Origin: an uncultured Gemmatimonadales bacterium | GTDB taxonomy: Bacteria > Gemmatimonadota > Gemmatimonadetes > Gemmatimonadales > GWC2-71-9 | Direction of reading: 5' to 3' | Assembly (NCBI GenBank): GCA_963821525.1 | Contig: CAWGED010000005.1 | Span: 352,001-416,000 of the forward strand | DNA length: 64,000 bases | In this document: piece by piece, positions 62,167-64,000 of the stretch | Position numbering within the stretch: position 1 is the first letter of the stretch | Layout of the letters: each line of letters begins with the position of its first letter | Translations under genes and position numbers: made by a program | The notes under the pieces: generated by a model | What the model was told of the DNA's origin: nothing | Databases searched by the model: none | What the model saw: only the letters and a program-made list of their open reading frames with translations

Positions 62167-63697
62167 TCAAGGTTGTACCGCGGCCGTGTCCAGAACGGTC
62201 AGCTCGGTACGCCCGGCCAGGAGCATGAGGTCGAGGGGCCGGGCTGGGCGCTCGATGAGCAGTCGGAGCCGAGAAGCGTCTGCAGGCACTGTGCCGTTTT
62301 CGGGGTCGACCGGGATCCAGTCCCCGGCGAAGTACTCCACCCAGCCATTCGGGTAGAAACGACCCGATTCTTCCCTCAGGCCGGCCGCCAGCCTGGCCGG
62401 AACGCCCTGTGCCCGGAGCATGGAGACCAGCAGGATGAGTCGGTCGTTGCGGGTGCCGGTTCGCCGACCCAGAGTGCGCACCGCGCTCTGGCAACCGGGA
62501 CGACGCTCGATTCGCACGGCACGACTCACCCACTGTCCCAGCAGGCGTGCTTTCCGGGCGGAGGTCGGCGCATTCCGGACAATGTCCGCGGCACGCTGTT
62601 GTACTCTGGGATCATCGGAGCGAATCAGCGGAGTTGCCCGAAGCCACGGAGCCAGGGCTGCCGAATCTCCGACCTGAGCGCGGTTGGCAGTGTCGGCCCG
62701 AATCACGGTGATCGTATCCGCTTCCCGCTCCTGGGTCCCGCCGTCAACCCCAGGGGCGAATCCGGACAGATCGGCTCCCAGCAGCGCGATGCGCATCCGA
62801 TTGGTTCGGGTGTTCGTCGCGACAGGCGCAGTCTCGCTGATTCTGACGGCGCCAGTCGTGTCCCACCCTGGAGTTCCGCCATCGGCGCGGTAATTCGTAC
62901 TCACGACTTCAAATGCGGACTGTTCGACGAGCAGCCCGATCGGCCGCTCGATGCGCACTGTGATCCCGTGGGCATCCACCCAGCGTCGCGAGGGTAACCC
63001 GCCTTCCAGGCCGTCGAGTCGCCATGCCGGATGTCGTGTCTGCGTGTACCGTGACCCAGCGCGACGTGGTCGAATCGAACTCCGCGCTGTCCGGCACGAT
63101 GAAGGTTGATTCCGCCGCGACCCGGAACCGGGTGGAAGAAATCTCGGTCGTGGCTGGGTCGAACACGGTGGGAGTCAGGATCCGGCCGATCTTGCGGTTG
63201 TCCGCGTTGGCGAGCAGGAAGGGCACCGCCCCCGGCAACAGCAACGGCTCCGCGGGAGAAGCGACCGTGAGCGTCTCTACCGCGCCTCCAAGACCGTTGT
63301 AGATGGTGATGACACCCTCCTCGCCCAGGACGCCCGAGACCACACTCCTGCCGTCATCGGTGAGAAGATTGGTCTCCCAGCGCAACAGCCGCAGCGATTT
63401 CGAGTAGAGTGCTTCGGTCCGCAGGGTAGACCGGCGCACTGAACGGGTCGGTTGCGGCAGGTCGAGGGTGACGAGCTCATCGGTGCGGAGCCCTTCAACA
63501 AGCGTATCGATGGAGAGCGTGGCGAGTCCGACTTGCCGATCGCCGCGATACACTCCGAAGAACGCGGCACCCGGAGACATCGGCCAGGTGCGGATGATGA
63601 CGCCGGAGTGGATTCCAACCGTCCGGCGCTGAGCCAGCCACCCGAGCGCGCCGAACCAGACCAGCAGGATCAGTATCGCGACTGCTTTTCGACTCAT
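62167..63697 (-). CDS. Membrane-anchored transglutaminase-like domain protein (indel near 63020)
   Basis: N-terminal TM; LRAQGVPARLAAGL, GWVEYF, WIPVDP. Confidence 0.7.
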
Positions 63698-64000
63698 GAG
63701 GCCTTTCCTACGACTGCCTCGACTACGGGAACCTCGTCGGCCCGCTCGACGACGATCTGAAGCTCCGCCGGATAGAGCGGAGCCGCCGGCCGGTCCCGGA
63801 AAGTTTCGGCGAGGAGGGCCGCTGCCTCTTCGATCGTCAGCGCTCCCGCGCTCGCGCCCACGAGGGGAGTGGCCACTCGGCCCAGCTGCCAGTCGCCCGC
63901 CCGCTGCCAGGCGGACACCAGCGCGCGTCGCACCGTGTCCCGTTCCACCGCGCGCTCCTCGCTCTGAATCACCACGTGGAGTACGAATTCGGCGGCAAGG
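63694..64000 (-). CDS. Hypothetical protein, 5'-partial
   Basis: Frame is open at the window edge; stop overlaps the downstream ATG. Confidence 0.5.
   Translation of the reverse strand, partial: LAAEFVLHVVIQSEERAVERDTVRRALVSAWQRAGDWQLGRVATPLVGASAGALTIEEAAALLAETFRDRPAAPLYPAELQIVVERADEVPVVEAVVGKAS

Noticed and set aside
1487..63697. Numerous frameshifts read as pseudogenes or programmed frameshifting
   Set aside because: They are scattered through unrelated conserved genes (mtnA, ATPase, hyp, ccmF), motifs are intact on both sides and no shared slippery site is evident; uncorrected long-read indels are the simpler explanation
1..64000. rRNA, tRNA, IS elements, integrases, prophage genes
   Set aside because: None recognised by eye; short structured RNAs could be missed without covariance-model searches

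Overview
GC-rich bacterial genomic DNA. The gene families suggest Gemmatimonadota, but this is inference and was not tested. Many genes carry 1-bp indels typical of an unpolished long-read assembly, so ORFs were joined by hand. About 48 kb (4.1-52.3 kb) is a dense energy-metabolism region: (i) a porin, 16-heme and ~23-heme cytochromes and a His-rich membrane protein, divergent from a membrane-anchored ferredoxin/thioredoxin-reductase-like flavoprotein; (ii) a Tat-exported NapA-like molybdoenzyme homolog whose canonical Mo-ligand Cys is Tyr, followed by NapB-like and lipoprotein cytochromes and a tandemly duplicated 4Fe-4S/NrfD/SPFH block; (iii) a second porin-multiheme cluster (~9-, ~20- and 16-heme); (iv) a complete V/A-type ATP synthase operon divergent from (v) a group 1 [NiFe]-hydrogenase with hypABFCDE; (vi) ccmE/ccmF/ccmH and a cupredoxin. 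My manual count is about 93 c-type heme motifs. The flanks hold housekeeping genes (mtnA, glpK, threonine dehydratase, ABC exporter), a four-helix-bundle gene enclosed by inverted GGCGGAC/GTCCGCC repeat arrays, and dispersed heptamer repeat tracts. No rRNA, tRNA, CRISPR array, transposase or integrase was recognised.
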